A DNA stretch of 64,000 nucleotides. It comes from the human T2T-CHM13v2.0 reference genome, Homo sapiens. The stretch covers positions 9,888,001-9,952,000 of the forward strand of contig CP086569.2 in assembly GCA_009914755.4 (NCBI GenBank), written 5' to 3'. Within the stretch, counting starts at the first letter, position 1; the number at the start of each line of letters is the position of its first letter. The notes beneath the pieces are model-generated. The model was given only the letters and a program-made list of their open reading frames with translations. It ran no database searches and was not told the origin of the DNA. This document shows, piece after piece, positions 19,036 to 32,263 of this stretch. Position numbers and translations under genes: made by a program.

Positions 19036-19736
19036 CTACCAGTGGTGGGCCAAAATTCATGTTCTCCTCACATACAAAAATACATTAATTCTATCCCAAA
19101 AGTGTTAACACATTCCAGCATAACTTTTAAAGTCTATATGCAAAGTCTGATCTAGAACATGCAAATATTATCTAAATCAGATATGGGGGATACTCAAAGT
19201 ATGATTCATCTAGAGTCAAATTACCATTCAGAGTCCAAAATACCATTGGAAGATGGTCATGGGATAGGTATTCCCAATCCAAAAGATACAACTAGGTAAG
19301 AGGAAAGGGGTGATAGTTTGCTTTTGGTTTCAAAACAAAACGGGACGAACAACATTGTATCTTAAGGCCTGAGAATAATATTATTTGACTCCATGTCCCA
19401 CATTCCAGACACACTTGAGTGAAGGTTGAGTCCCCAAGGCTGCAAAAAACTTTCTCACATTGATTTTTGGGGTACAGCCATGCCACAGCTCTTAGGGTTT
19501 GATTTAATTTGCCTGGAGCTCTCCCAGGCTGGCATTGCAGTAGCGGCTGTGCAGGCCTGGGGTCTTGGAGGTGACCTTCATCCAATAATCTTGGTAAACA
19601 CTGCTCTAGTGGTGGCTATCTGCAGTATCCATGACCCCTTAGCTCCACTGGACATTTCCCCTGTCGAGATCCCCTTTGGTAACCCTGACCCCATGGCTCA
19701 ACTGCGCATTGCGCTAGTGGAGGGAATGATATGGTT

Positions 19737-20454
19737 AGGCTTCCTGGTGTCCCCACCGAAATCTCATCTTGGACTGTAATCCCCATAATACCCACATGTC
19801 AAGGGTGGGACCAGGTGGAAGTAATCGAATCATGGGGGCATTTGATAATTAGTGAGTTATCATGAGATCTGATAGTTTTATAAGGGGCTTGATGTGGTTT
19901 GTTTGTGTCCCCACCCAAATCTCATCTTCAGTTGTAGTTCCCATTATCTTCATGTGTCATAGGAGGGAACAAGTGGGAAGTAATGTAATCATGGGAGTGG
20001 TTACCTCCATATTGTTGTCATGATAGTGAGTGAGTTCTCACCAGATGGTTTATAAGGGGCTTTTCCCCCTTTGCTCAGGACTTCTCCTTTCTGATGCCAT
20101 GTGAGAAAGGACTTGTTGCTTCCCCTTCCATCATGATTGTAAGTTTCCTGATTCCCCTCCAGCCCCATAGAACTGTGAGTCAATTAAACCTCTTTCCTTT
20201 ATAAATTATCCAGTCTCAGGTATGTCTTTATTAGCAGTGTGAGAATGGACTAACACAGGGCTCTTACCCTGTTACTCAGCACTTCTTCTTTCTGCTGCCT
20301 TGTGAGAAGGTGCCTGGCTTCCTCTTTGCCTTCCTCCATGATTGTTAAGATTTCCCCATCCATGTTGAACTGTGAGTCAATTAAACCTATTTCCTTTATA
20401 TATTACCCAGTCTCAGGCAGTTCTTTATAGCAATATGAAAACAGACTAATGCAG
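19737..20454 (+). mobile_element. three tandem partial/complete MaLR LTR copies (THE1/MST-type)
   Basis: Copy 1 (19737-19888) starts tgatatggttaggcttcctggtgtccccaccgaaatctcatcttgg. Copy 2 (19889-20257) starts ttgatgtggtttgtttgtgtccccacccaaatctcatcttc and ends ..gtgagtcaattaaacctctttcctttataaattatccagtctcaggtatgtctttattagcagtgtgagaatggactaacacag. Copy 3 (20258-20454) is a 3' half, ..gtgagtcaattaaacctatttcctttatatattacccagtctcaggcag...actaatgcag. Confidence 0.6.
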
Positions 20455-21177
20455 GCATTCCGCAGTGGCCCTGATCCTGCAGTATTTCTCTGACTGGACC
20501 CCAAGTTTCTCTGGGGCATTCATTGAAAATTAGGAGGTATCCATGCCTCCACAGCTCATTTGCTCTGCGTGACTGCAAAGTTAGCACCACATGAATGCTG
20601 TCAAGGATTATAGCCTGTATCTTCCAGAGAACTTGCCCTTGCTGCAACTAAGCCCACTTGAGCCACAGCTGAGAATGCTGTGGAGCACTACATTGGAATG
20701 GGGGAAGCAGAGACTTGAGGTGGGCTTAGGCAGCAAACACTGAGGATCTTCAGGCATCCCGGGACCCTCCCTTGAAACTATTCTGCCCTCAAAGACTTAG
20801 TTCTTTGTGCCTGTGGTGAGAGAGGTAGCCTGGAAGATCTCTGTTTTGCCATCAGGATCATTCCTCCATTGTTCTGATAAAAGGAATCTGGCTTCTTCCT
20901 ATCTATACTAATCTCCTCATCTAATGGTCACTTGGCCACACACTTGGTTTTGTCTCCTAAACATAGGTTTTTATTCTTTACTAGGCGAGGTTAACAATTT
21001 TCGAAATCTTCAGGGTCTTCTCCCCTTTTTAATTCCCTTAGAATTATAAATCTTTAATGTGTTTCTCTTTTATTGCATTTTACTATAAGCAGCTAAGCCA
21101 TGCCATCCAGCACCCTGAACAATTTGTTTAGATATTTATTTCACCAAATATTCTAGTTCATCATTGTAAATCTGGCC

Positions 21178-21183
<6 letters not shown>

Positions 21184-21211
<28 letters not shown>

Positions 21212-21492
21212 GAGATGAAGTCTCAGTCTTTCACCCAGGCTGGAGTGCAGTGGCGCGATCTCCACTCACTGCAGGTTCCGTCCCCCGGGGTTCACGCCAT
21301 TCTCCTGCCTCAGCCTCCTGCATAGCTGGGACTACAGGCACCCGCCACCGCGCCCGGCTATTTTTTTGTGTTTTTAGTAGAGACGGAGTTTCACCGTGTT
21401 AGCCAGGATGGTCTCGATCTCCTGACCTCATGATCCACCTGCCTCGGCCTCCCAAAGTGCTGGGATTACAGGTGTGAGCCACCGCGCCCAGC
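21184..21492 (-). mobile_element. Alu (antisense, young AluY-like) with t(28) tail
   Basis: t(28)gagatgaagtctcagtctttcacccaggctggagtgcagtggcgcgatc...ggattacaggtgtgagccaccgcgcccagcc. Confidence 0.9.
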
Positions 21493-21879
21493 CTAAATTC
21501 TGCCTTTCACAAAACAGAACATGGAGACGAGTCCGGCAAATACTTTGCCACTTAGTAACAAGGATGGCATTTCCTCTATTTTCCAGTAAGATAGTCTTCA
21601 TTTCCATCTGAGACCTCATCAGAATGGCCATTACTGTCCATATTTCTATGAACATTCTGTTCATGACCACATAGGTAATCTCTAAAACTGAGGCTTTCTC
21701 TATAGCTCTCCTCTTCTAAGCTCTCACCAGAATTGCCCTTAACAATCTATTCATGGCAATCTAAGCTTTTACTAGCCTGCACCTTAAAATTCTTCCAACC
21801 TCTACCCAGTTCCAAAGCCACATTCACATTTTTAGGTATATGTTAGAGCAGCACATTCACTTGTCAATACCAATTTGTC

Positions 21880-22100
21880 TTAATTTGTGAGGCCATGAAG
21901 TACCTTAGACTTAGTAATTTACAGTTCAGGAGGCCATGAAGTTCAATATCAATGCAAAAGCAGATTAGGTGTCTGGTGAGTGCTGCTCTCTATTTCCAAG
22001 ATGGCACCCTGTAACTGCATCTTCCAGAGGAGAAGAATGCTGTGTCCTCACCTGCCAGAAGAGCAGAACACTGGTCTTCTATAGATTTCCTTGAACATTT
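21880..22100 (+). mobile_element. LTR fragment (MaLR/MLT-like), tentative
   Basis: tttccaagatggcaccctgtaactgcatcttccagaggagaagaatgctgtgtcctcacctgccagaagagcag is a motif shared by many MaLR/ERVL LTRs. Confidence 0.3.
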
Positions 22101-22914
22101 CAAGCTGCTTCATACAACAAGGATGTGGAACTTGTCTATCTCCTCTGCCCAGAACGCTCTTCTTCCAAGTATTTACCTACCTAATTCTTTATGTCATTTA
22201 AATGTCATCTCTCTGTAGAAGCATTGTTCACCCCATTCCTTCTGCCAACTCTCTACTCCCTTTTCTTTTATTCACAGCACTACTTGAAATTAAATATTTG
22301 TTTGCTCTTGAGTTGGAAGCTATATGAAGGCAGAAACATTTGGTTAGTTTTATGCACTACTGAATCACCCAATGCCTGGAAGAGTACTTCACAAATAGGA
22401 ATCTCTGATGAAAGAATTGTTGAATGATCATATGAGTAATTGTGGACTTACACTAAAAGTGAAAATAAATAAAATGCTGGCTCTTAAGGCAAAAAGATCT
22501 GCAGGCAAGGACTGCCAAGTGAATCTGAGCACAGAGCTATTGCAGCCAACTAGAGAAAAGGGGAAACTTGGAAGCTTGGAAGTCATAGATAAGGAAACAC
22601 CAAAGAAGCCTTTGAAGATTACAGATTAATCTAATATCTTATGACTAGAAGAGAATGTGCATATTTGTCTTAAGAAGAGATTGTGAGTGGGAAAGTGATG
22701 TAATTAGATATGTTTCATGCATATCATAATTGTTGTATATAATTATTGGTATTGGTGCCTTAATTTACTCTTTGATAAGCCTAAGTTCTACCCTTTCCTC
22801 ATCAGTTTTCTTCTGAGTTCCCAATATACTGGGTAGTTGAATAGGAAAAATCTGTTTATTTAACTTCCTATTAATCTATTCATATATAATGTATATATAT
22901 AAAATGTGTTTGTG

Positions 22915-23030
22915 TATATATATAACATATATATAACATATATAACACATATATAACATATATAACATATATATAACATATATATAACATATATAACATA
23001 TATAACATATATATCATATATATATATACA
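22915..23030. repeat. tandem repeat of a 9-11 bp unit (ATATAACAT / ATATATAACAT), ~12 copies
   Basis: atatataacatatatataacatatataacacatatataacatatataacatatatataac... Confidence 0.85.
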
Positions 23031-23138
23031 CACATTTCTACTAAGTTTGTGTTCAATTTTAGCAGTAGTTTCTTTTTCTCCAGTTCTTAATAAAGTAACT
23101 AATATTCTGAGGAAAATAGAGTTAAGATACTTACGTTA

Positions 23139-23407
23139 GGCCGGCCTGGTGGCTACCTGTAATCTCAGCACTTTGGGAGGCTGAGGTGGGAAGATCATGA
23201 GGTCAGCATTTCGAGACCAGCCTGGCCAACATAGTGAAACCCCATCTCTACTAAAAAGTACAAAAAATTAGCTGGGTGTGTTGGCGAACACTACTCATGA
23301 GGCTGATGCAGGAGAATTTCTTCAATCCAGGAGGCAGAGGTTGCAGTGAGTTGAGACGGCACCATTGTAGTCCAGCCCAAGCAACAGTGTGAGACTCCAG
23401 AAAAAAC
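23139..23407 (+). mobile_element. Alu (sense)
   Basis: ggccggcctggtggctacctgtaatctcagcactttgggaggctgagg...gcagtgagttgagacggcaccattgtagtccagcc. Confidence 0.85.
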
Positions 23408-23503
23408 TTATGTTAACTAATGAAATTAATTTTGTTAAGTATTTTTAAGTTGTATCATTTCATTCACTTCTGCAAGGATGTATCTTGCTGGCATTGATTG
23501 TAT

Positions 23504-23800
<297 letters not shown>

Positions 23801-24152
23801 ATTGTATTTGTTTACAAGCAAATTATTGAGGAAAATTGGCAATAAATATATATACATACATCTATTTTAAATTTCTCTAATTTTATTTTGAAAGTATCTT
23901 TTAAATGATAAATGTACCCATAGACTTAATGAAAAGAAAAAAAACAAAAATATTAAATTTTCCCTTCAGTAAAACATTTTGAAACTATAAATAAAGAATA
24001 AAACACAAGGTGAAAACAAGCAGGAAAATAGCATTTAAAAATGCATATAAATAAATGTTATCTTCACTGATATCTTCGTTTACACCAGTAAACTATTACA
24101 AAATCATTTTTAAGTCTGCATTGCCTTTAAAAAAGGAAAATTCAGCATATCT

Positions 24153-24690
24153 TTTATTTTTTATTATTTTATTTTATTATTATAATACTTTAAGTTTTAG
24201 GGTACATGTGCATAATGTGCAGGTTAGTTACGTATGTATACATGTGCCATCCTGGTGTGCTGCACCCATTAACTCATCATTTAGCATTAGGTATATCTCC
24301 TAATGTTATCCCTCCCCTCTTCCCCAACCCCACAACATTCCCCAGAGTGTGATGTTCCCCTTCCTGTGTCCATGTGATCTCATTTTTCAATTCCCACCTG
24401 TGAGTGAGAACATGTGGTGTTTGGTTTTTTGTCCTTGTGATAGTTTACTGAGAATGATGATTTCCAATTTCATCCATGTCCCTACAAAGGACATGAACTC
24501 ATCATTTTTTATGGCTGCATAGTATTCCACGGTGTATATGTGCCACATTTTCTTAATCCAGTCTATCATTGTTGGACATTTGTGTTGGTTCCAAGTCTTT
24601 GCTATTGTGAATAGTTCCGCCGTAAACATACGTGTGCATGTGTCTTTATAGCAGCATGATTTATAGTATTTTGGGTAATTCAGTGTAGCT
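24153..24690 (-). mobile_element. L1 3' end fragment (antisense, 5'-truncated, older L1PA)
   Basis: A T-rich tail, then ctttaagttttagggtacatgtgcataatgtgcaggttagttacgtatgtatacatgtgccatcctggtgtgctgcacccattaactcatcatttagcattaggtatatctcctaatg (reverse complement of the L1 3'UTR), then ORF2 C-terminus sequence (ORF-track MFTAELFTIAKTWNQHKCPTMIDWIKKMWHIY..). Confidence 0.85.
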
Positions 24691-25028
24691 TTTAAAAATC
24701 ACCAAAAATAAATTTGCAAAGAAGTTTAAAGATATTTCCGAGATGTTTTTTATTGTGATTTTTTTCTTTCACACACAGAAAGCAATCAAGAATTTTCACA
24801 GGAAACTTGTTTTTTAATAAATTGGTGGGTGATTGTGCAGGTGTGTGAATGAATTTTGAGAGGTTCCCAGCATTCCTGGGGGCTCATCCTTCAGTAGATA
24901 GATTACAGGGTAGAAGCAGAGGGTTGCGGGCCTCTGACTCCCCTTTAAATGCCAAAAATGTGAAAATGCCTCTCGGATTTGCCTATAGCCATCCACAGAA
25001 GAACTTACACTATAAAAAAAATCTAAAG

Positions 25029-25332
25029 GTTGGGTGTGGTGGCTCATTCTTGTAATCCCAACACTTTGGGAGACTGAAGCGGGTGGATCACGAGGTCGAG
25101 AGTTCCAGACCAGCCTGCTCAACATGGTGAAACCTAGTCCGTACCAAAGATACAAAAAATTAGCCAGGTGTGCTGGCATGTGCCTATAATCCCAGCTTCA
25201 CGAGAGGCTGAGGCAGGAGAATTGCTTAAACCTGGGAGGCGGAGGTTTCAGTGAGCTGAGAACACACCATTGCACTCCAGCCTAGGCAACAGGGGGAGAT
25301 TCCGCCTCAAAAAAAACAACAACAAAAAAGCC
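25029..25332 (+). mobile_element. Alu (sense)
   Basis: ggttgggtgtggtggctcattcttgtaatcccaacactttgggagactgaagcgggtggatcacgaggtc...gcactccagcctaggcaacag. Confidence 0.85.
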
Positions 25333-27498
25333 AAATGTTATTGGCATTTTTATAAGATCCAGCAGTAAGTAATACTCAGAATGTTTTGTCCTCTAAGTTT
25401 TAATTGGCAATGTTTCTTCTAAACAAATATCCAGAAATATTTTTTAAATAAAGCTTGGGGAGTTGTTTACAAAGCACTCATGCAAAGCCATTTTAATATT
25501 TTGGAAGATAACAAGTTATATTACATTTACATTGAATTCAAGGTAATTTTTAAGTAATGAATTGTCTTACCTCATTTTATTCCAGTCCCCTCATTTTACA
25601 GATTTTACAGCCTAGAGAAGAGAAAAAACTTCTGGCAATTCATACTGACAGATAATGAGAAAACTAACAGTGGAAACCAAGTCTCCTGCCCATGAACTCA
25701 CCAATCCCCATCCTTTTGTCTTTTCACTATACCACTCAATTTACTTTTGGATTCAAAGCAGAAAAATATAGTGGAAATGTGTATAAGATAGTTTCTTGAT
25801 TTTTTAACTAATTTTTCTATTTAAGCCTAGGAAGAGAAAAAGGAGCATTTTATTTTATAGTTAATAAACTAAAACATACATTTTTCTTAACTAGAAAGGC
25901 AGAAACTAAGTTGAGAAGTCCTGTGCACAGTATCATTTTCAAGCGTATATCTGATGAAAAAAATATTGAAAGGAACACAAACAACTGTTACCTGAAGTGT
26001 ATAACATATTGGTAAATGTTTTTGATCCTTCCATGAGGAAGGGACAATGGAGTAGATAACCTCCATACAACTGTGGGAAAACACCCACTGCTCTTTATTT
26101 TGGGAAGCTACTTTCTGAATGCAAACACAAAAGAAAAGTAAAATAAATTAAGCAACTCATCCACATACAGCTAAGATGAAAACATGTAGTATATAGTTTG
26201 TAGATGACAGTGTCAAATGTGAAGTCAATCACTACCAGAAGAGAAGAGAGCCAGCTAACTATATCAGGGAAGAAAAACTGGATAAGCAAGATGTCTGAAA
26301 AGCACTGTGGGCTACAAACTATAATAGACTCAGTGAGGTTAAGTGTAGTTTTTCAGGTCCTGGACTTGGCTTCAGAACTCAACTGTACAAGATGGGAAGT
26401 AGTGGCTTACCAGTAATACATTCAAATAAGACTTGGGAGTTTGAGTAGATAGTTAATATAAATCAATTAGGAGTTAAAAATCATATAATCTTAGGCACAT
26501 ATACACTGAAATATGATAACTGTAATAGGAGAAATTCTAGTTCCACTCCACTGAGTGCAGTTACAGGTAAATTACTTAATTTCCATATGCCTCAATTTCC
26601 TCATTGTCCAAATGGGGATTCAAATTCCACACTCCTTGTCATGTTGTAAGGATTAAATTAATTAATACAAGTAAAGTACTTGGCAAAGTACTTGATACTC
26701 AATAAAGGCTAGCTACCATTATTATTAGTTATTATTATTATTCAGATCACCCTAAGACACTGAACTCAGTGATACATTTTTTAAAAAGGGATAAACTAGT
26801 AAGCATTCAACAGACTGTGATCACAAAGTGACTGAAAAGACCCTCAGAATCTCAACATATAAGGATAACTTATGGGAACCAGCATGTTTAACATGAAGAA
26901 AAGATGACTTCAATTATTATATAAACTGTTACTACGTATCAGTTTATATACGTGGCTGTTACGTGGAAGAGGAGGTAAATTTGTTCTCTAAGGCTGGAGA
27001 CAGAGGGTAGAAAATACAGGGAGACAAGATCTGGTTTAATACAAGCAAGGCTGTTATAATCAACAGAATTATCTACAGATGGAGTGGAGTGTCTCAGGAG
27101 GCAGACAGTTGAAGTTGAATATTTGGCTAAGATTTTGAAGACAAGGTTTACACATCAGGTGGTTGGGTAGGACTAAATGACAGCTAGAATTCTGTTCTTT
27201 CCAGACATGAGTTCCTGTAATTCCATTACAGTTCTCAAAGCACACTTTGGTGGTCAAGCCAGTCTAGTATCATTGACCCTAAAATTTGTCTGGGGGAAGA
27301 AGCTTGCCATTATCACACAACTATTAGCAGTTTTCAATGTAACATTGTGATGATGACTAACCAAATTAACTAAAGAGCAAAATACTGAAGATGACAGAAT
27401 ACAGCAATCCACAGGGGGAAGAAAAAGATCACAAACGTAGACAAAGCTGCCCAACCTCCTCCAAGGATCAGAGAAATGCACACTGAAAATATTATTTT

Positions 27499-27825
27499 GG
27501 CTGGACATGGTGGCTAATGCCTGTAATCCCAACACTTTGTGAGGCAGAGGCAGGCAGATCACCTGAGGTCGGCAGTTTGAGACCAGCCTGACCAACATGG
27601 AGAAACACCATCTGTATGAAAAATACAAAGTTAGCCGGGTGTGGTGGTGCATGCCTGTAATCCCAGCTACTTAGGAGGATGAGGCAGGAGAATTGCTTGA
27701 ATCCAGGATGTGAAGGTTGTGTTGAACCGAGAAGGCACCATTGCATTCCAGCCTGGGCAAAAAGAGTGAGACTCCTTCTCAAAAAAAAAAAAAAGAAAAG
27801 AAAAGAAAAAAGAAAATAACAATTT
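27499..27825 (+). mobile_element. Alu (sense) with long A/G-rich tail
   Basis: ggctggacatggtggctaatgcctgtaatcccaacactttgtgaggcagagg...cattgcattccagcctgggcaaaaagagtgagactccttctcaaaaaaaaaaaaaagaaaag. Confidence 0.85.
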
Positions 27826-27871
27826 AATTGCTAATGTTTTCAAAATTAGATGATATTAAAGCTGAAGAAAA

Positions 27872-28177
27872 GGCTGGGCACAGTGGCTCACTCCTGTACT
27901 CCCAAGCACTTTCAGAGGCTGAGATGGGTGGATCACCTGAGGTCCAGAGTTAAAGACCAGCCTGGCCAACATCTTGAAATCCCATCTCTACTAAAAATAC
28001 AAAAATTAGCTGAGCATGGTGGTGGATGCCTGCAATCTCAGCTACTCAGGAGGCTGAAGCAGGAGAATTGCTTAAATCTGGGAGGCGGGGAGATTGCAGT
28101 GAGCCAAGGTTGTGCCATTACACTTCAGCCTGGGCAACAGAGCAAGACACCGTATCAAAACAAAAAAGAAAAAAAAT
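27872..28177 (+). mobile_element. Alu (sense)
   Basis: ggctgggcacagtggctcactcctgtactcccaagcactttcagaggctgagatgggtggatcacctgaggtc...cacttcagcctgggcaacagagcaagacacc. Confidence 0.85.
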
Positions 28178-28984
28178 GTCAAGAAGTTAGATGTACAAAC
28201 TAAGTTCTTAGAGGTACAAAGTGGGAGCTGAGCTTTCTTGACTGCGTGAGATCCAGTAAGCCAGGAGGAAACAGTTTCGGAAGTTCTTGAATGTCTATTT
28301 CAATCCCTCTTTCATCTTGGAGGTCCTATGAGAGTTATAAATGCCAGTCTGTGTTAGAATCCAGAGAATGGCAAGCTAGGAATCATTTCATGGAGAAGCA
28401 GATGTAACAGGTGGAGTACTACATATGTGGTTTAATACTTCAGTCCTCTGAGAGGAGCTGTGAAATAACAGTTCCCTATTCATTCAAGGGCACTGTATCA
28501 GACATAAACTCTAGAAAAAAATTATTATTCAATTTTTCTTACCTCTTTTAAGTGAGTATTTTCATAATTCTACGTGTGTATCTTAACTGGTTTCTGCGTT
28601 TGTCTCACAGGAAATTGATGTGGTTGTGGCTTTTTATTTGTTGCATTTTTGTGTGGAGGAACAAATTAGAGCCTCCTATTTTGTCACCTTGTGGATATAC
28701 CCTTTATTATTATTTTTTTACTTATTTAAAAAAATTTGTACGCAACAGTTGTAGATACTTTCGGCAATATCATGCGATATTTTGATACAAGTAATGTGTA
28801 TTGGTAAGGAAGGGATCAAAGAGGGATTGGGGGTGGGTTAAATTATGGCTGCTTAGAAGGAATGAGGTCTAGTGTTCAGCAGCATAGGATGACTACATTT
28901 AACAATGACTTATTGTATATTTCAAAAGAATTAAAAGAGTGAAGATGGAATGTCACTCATACCAACAAATGATATGCCACTCTC

Positions 28985-29278
28985 AGAGGCTCACAACTAT
29001 AATCACAACATTTTGGGAGGCCAAGGAAGGAGGATCACTTAAGCCTGGAAGTTTCAGACCGGCCTGAACAATATATCCGAAGCATTGTCCCTACCACACA
29101 CACACACACAAACACAAAAGCTGGGCTCAGTGATGTGTGCCTGTAATTCCAGCTACTTGGGAGGTTGAAATGGAAGGCTCACACATTTCAACACAGGAGT
29201 TCAAGGCTGCAGCGAGCTACGATGGTGACACTGCAGTCCAGGTTGGACAACATAGTGAAACCCTGTCTCTAAAAATAA
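28985..29278 (+). mobile_element. Alu (sense, old/diverged) with internal (AC)n at 29095-29115
   Basis: aacattttgggaggccaaggaaggaggatcacttaagcctggaagtttcagaccggcctg...gctgggctcagtgatgtgtgcctgtaattccagctacttgggaggttg. Confidence 0.6.
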
Positions 29279-29342
29279 TAAAGAAATGATAAGTGCTTAA
29301 ACTGAAGGATACCAGATTATCTACATATTTGTTGATTTATAT

Positions 29343-29625
29343 AATTATTTTTGAGTTGGAGTCTTGCTCTGTCACTCAGGCTAGACTGTATATGGGCTCA
29401 CTGCAGTCTCAGGCTCCCAGGTTCAAATGATTCTCCTGTCTGAGCCTCCCAATTAGCTGTAACATACTACAGGTGTGGGCCAACATGGCTGGCTAATTTT
29501 TGTATTTTTGGTAGAGATAGGTTTCATGGTGTTGGCCAGGCTGGTCTTGAACTCCTGACCTAAAGTGATCTGCAAGCCTTGGCCTCCCAATGTGCTGCAA
29601 TTAAAGAACTAAGCCATCACACCTG
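29343..29625 (-). mobile_element. Alu (antisense)
   Basis: tttttgagttggagtcttgctctgtcactcaggctagactg...ggtctgaactcctgacctaaagtgatctgcaagccttggcctcccaatgtgctgcaattaaag. Confidence 0.8.
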
Positions 29626-30106
29626 GACAGTAACATACAAAAGACTAGGGAATTTATCTTTTTACTTCATCCTCACAATGCTACATTGTAGATGAATGAA
29701 AACACAACTTCATAACATGAATAACTCACTTGAAAATCAAAGTTGGTAACTTCTCCCTTTAAAATTATTTGCACCCTTACCCTATAAAAATTGATGATCT
29801 TATTAAAATTTTGCCAAGAAAATACTTTGTCCTTGCAGAATAGTCTGTTAATTGTAAGAATGATGGACTGTAAAACTTCTAGAACTTCATATATTTCATT
29901 TCTTTAGGTTGGATAATCAGAAAAATTAATTGGTTTAGTTATTTGGGTACAAATATTTTATTTTTTTTATCATTTGATGATTTATTAAACCTTTAAGCAA
30001 TCCCCTGTCTGAAACTTTAGGCTGTTGTTTTATGTTTTATATACTTCACTTTCCAAAAGTATGAGGTCTAAAACGTTCACATTCGCATCTTCAAATAAAT
30101 CTGATC

Positions 30107-30388
30107 GGCTGATAGTTGTGGCTCATGCCTATAATCCTAGCACGTTGGGAGTCTGAGGAGGTGGGTCAGGATTTCAAGAACAGCCTGGCAAACATGGTGA
30201 AATGCTGTCTGTACTAAAAATACAAAAAATTAGCCAGCTATGGTGCACACGTATCTAATACCAGTTACTCAGGACGCTGAGGCAGGAGAATAGCTTGGAC
30301 CCAGATGGCAGAGTTTGCAGTAAGCCAAAATCGAGCCACTGCACCCCAGCTTGGGCAACAAAGCTACGCTGCATCTCAAAAAAAAATT
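30107..30388 (+). mobile_element. Alu (sense)
   Basis: ggctgatagttgtggctcatgcctataatcctagcacgttgggagtctgagg...gccactgcaccccagcttgggcaacaaagctacgctgcatctcaaaaaaaaa. Confidence 0.85.
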
Positions 30389-31313
30389 GATAAAATCCCA
30401 ACTATACTAGATTATTCCTGTTTGTAAGAACTTATTGCTAAACCGTTACTTATAGTATCCATTGTCAAATCTTTCAAGAAAAAATTAACATGCATAACTC
30501 TCAAGACAAAACACATACGTTCCACTATTTAAAGTAGGAACATTTAATTTCATTATGCTATGCACTTGAGAAACTTAATTGGTTCAGTTTTGATTTAGGT
30601 TAAAAAAAAAAGTTTTCATTCCCAATATCCCCCTTCAGTCACAGAATCCTTCATGTAGAATGTTCCAGATGTCTTAAACTTTAATATCAACCACATCTAA
30701 TTATTTCCTTTGACCTGTAATATTCCTCTAAAAGATAAATGTTATATGGTGAGGCAGACAGTTGTGTAGTCCTTCTGAAGATTTCTCAAACATTTTAAGC
30801 TTGTAATTTTTTAAAGAGAAACACAGCATAATTAGAAAACTTATGCAGCTTGCAAGGGAGACATAACATATGCTTGATTTTGTATCTACTTATGTTCGAA
30901 GAAACAAAGGAATATGTTCAAAAACAACACAATTTACTCTCCTATTCAATTTGCTTTTAAGCATGTGTAGCTAAGCAGTAACATCAGGCATTTTGCATTA
31001 CATGTAAAATTTCTTTATGAAAATTTTAATGCAGATATTACATCTAAACAAAGAGTTTCCAAATAGCATTAACAAGTATGAAATTACTTTGAAAAAAATT
31101 CCTTTTCCTCTGAATATCTCAGAAAAATTATGGAGTAAGTATCTATGTCTCTCCACAAAACCAGCATGTTGCTTTGAGTGGTATGCAGGTAACAATGAAT
31201 AAATAACATTTCAATTTTCGATTTGCAAAGAAGGTTTGGTATGCAATAACTATTATTTTGAATACTTGCTTTAATATCTACTTCAGTCTCCTTTTTCAGA
31301 TCAGCTTCTCTTA

Positions 31314-31571
31314 CCATCTCCTGTAGATGCCACATAACTTGAGCTACCATATGCTTCACGAGGAGCAGGGTGCACTCTATCCAGAGAAATTAGATTCCTT
31401 TGGTCTTTTCTGCCAACGTGCTCATGAAAACAGGAATAAAAATCACCACAGTGTCTTGAGTAACTCTCCGACTTCTGCTATATCTATCTCGTGTATTGTT
31501 ATAATAATGGCGGCTTCTTCCACCATAAGACATCCGAGGCCCTTGTGCAGGTGGTGCACCATGAGAGGTCC
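31314..31571 (-). pseudogene. RBMY-like C-terminal exon with frameshift; premature TAA at 31390-31392 in the entry frame
   Basis: cctgcag|ggacctctcatggtgcaccacctgcacaagggcctcggatgtcttatggtgg... translates [23 protein letters not shown] and then diverges. The +1 frame continues [33 protein letters not shown].., matching RBMY1 [33 protein letters not shown], down to the donor ggagatg|gtaaga at 31314. Confidence 0.65.
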
Positions 31572-31978
31572 CTGCAGGGTTGATAAAATAATATGTTGGA
31601 CTACATCCAAACATTTTTACTGCTACCACTAAAGCATGAATTAGTTAAAGTACTATTTGGAAATATCTGTTTTCCTCTGCCTTTGTTGCAGGATATTAAT
31701 TATGCCTGCAATAGTCAGAAGTTTTATTTAAAAGAAGTGTAAGAGTAGCATTTTGAAGCTTAACAAATTTAATCCTAAAGTAAAGGTTGAGTCACATTTT
31801 CTGAACACGAAGTGAAGTTCTCACCTTCATATCATTTAATATGCTTTATACTGTTAACAATATTCAATATTTAATCGTTATATTTGTCCCTTATAATTTT
31901 CCTTAGAAGTTCATTAAAATAATGATCTGATCTAATAAATATAATTCTATAATTTATGAATCCATCCTGGACCCTCAT

Positions 31979-32060
31979 CATATCTCTGAATTGTATCTCT
32001 GTAAGAACTTCCACTTGGATGTTCAGAATGATCTCTACCACGGGCCTCACCATAGCCATC
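31979..32060 (-). pseudogene. RBMY-like exon; donor GT->AT
   Basis: tgatcag|gatggctatggtgaggcccgtggtagagatcattctgaacatccaagtggaagttcttacagagatacaattcagagatatg|atgagg translates [27 protein letters not shown] (RBMY1: [27 protein letters not shown]). Confidence 0.65.
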
Positions 32061-32142
32061 CTGATCACTAAATTGGAAAAAAAAAGTTTTCTTAATGCTA
32101 GAATAAACAATTTAAGAAATCTATTTGACAAATCTGGAAAAC

Positions 32143-32263
32143 CTTATAGTACCTATATTCTCTAGAGGAATGTTCAACCTGAATAGAATGACCATAATCA
32201 TGGTATGCATAGTCTCTAAGTGGTGGAGCATAATCCCTGGTTTCTGGGGAACTTGGATGATTT
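32143..32263 (-). pseudogene. RBMY-like single SRGY-box exon
   Basis: cacag|aaatcatccaagttccccagaaaccagggattatgctccaccacttagagactatgcataccatgattatggtcattctattcaggttgaacattcctctagagaatataggtactataag|gttttcc translates [40 protein letters not shown]. It best matches the fourth SRGY repeat of RBMY1. No further SRGY exons were found in the flanking introns. Confidence 0.7.
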
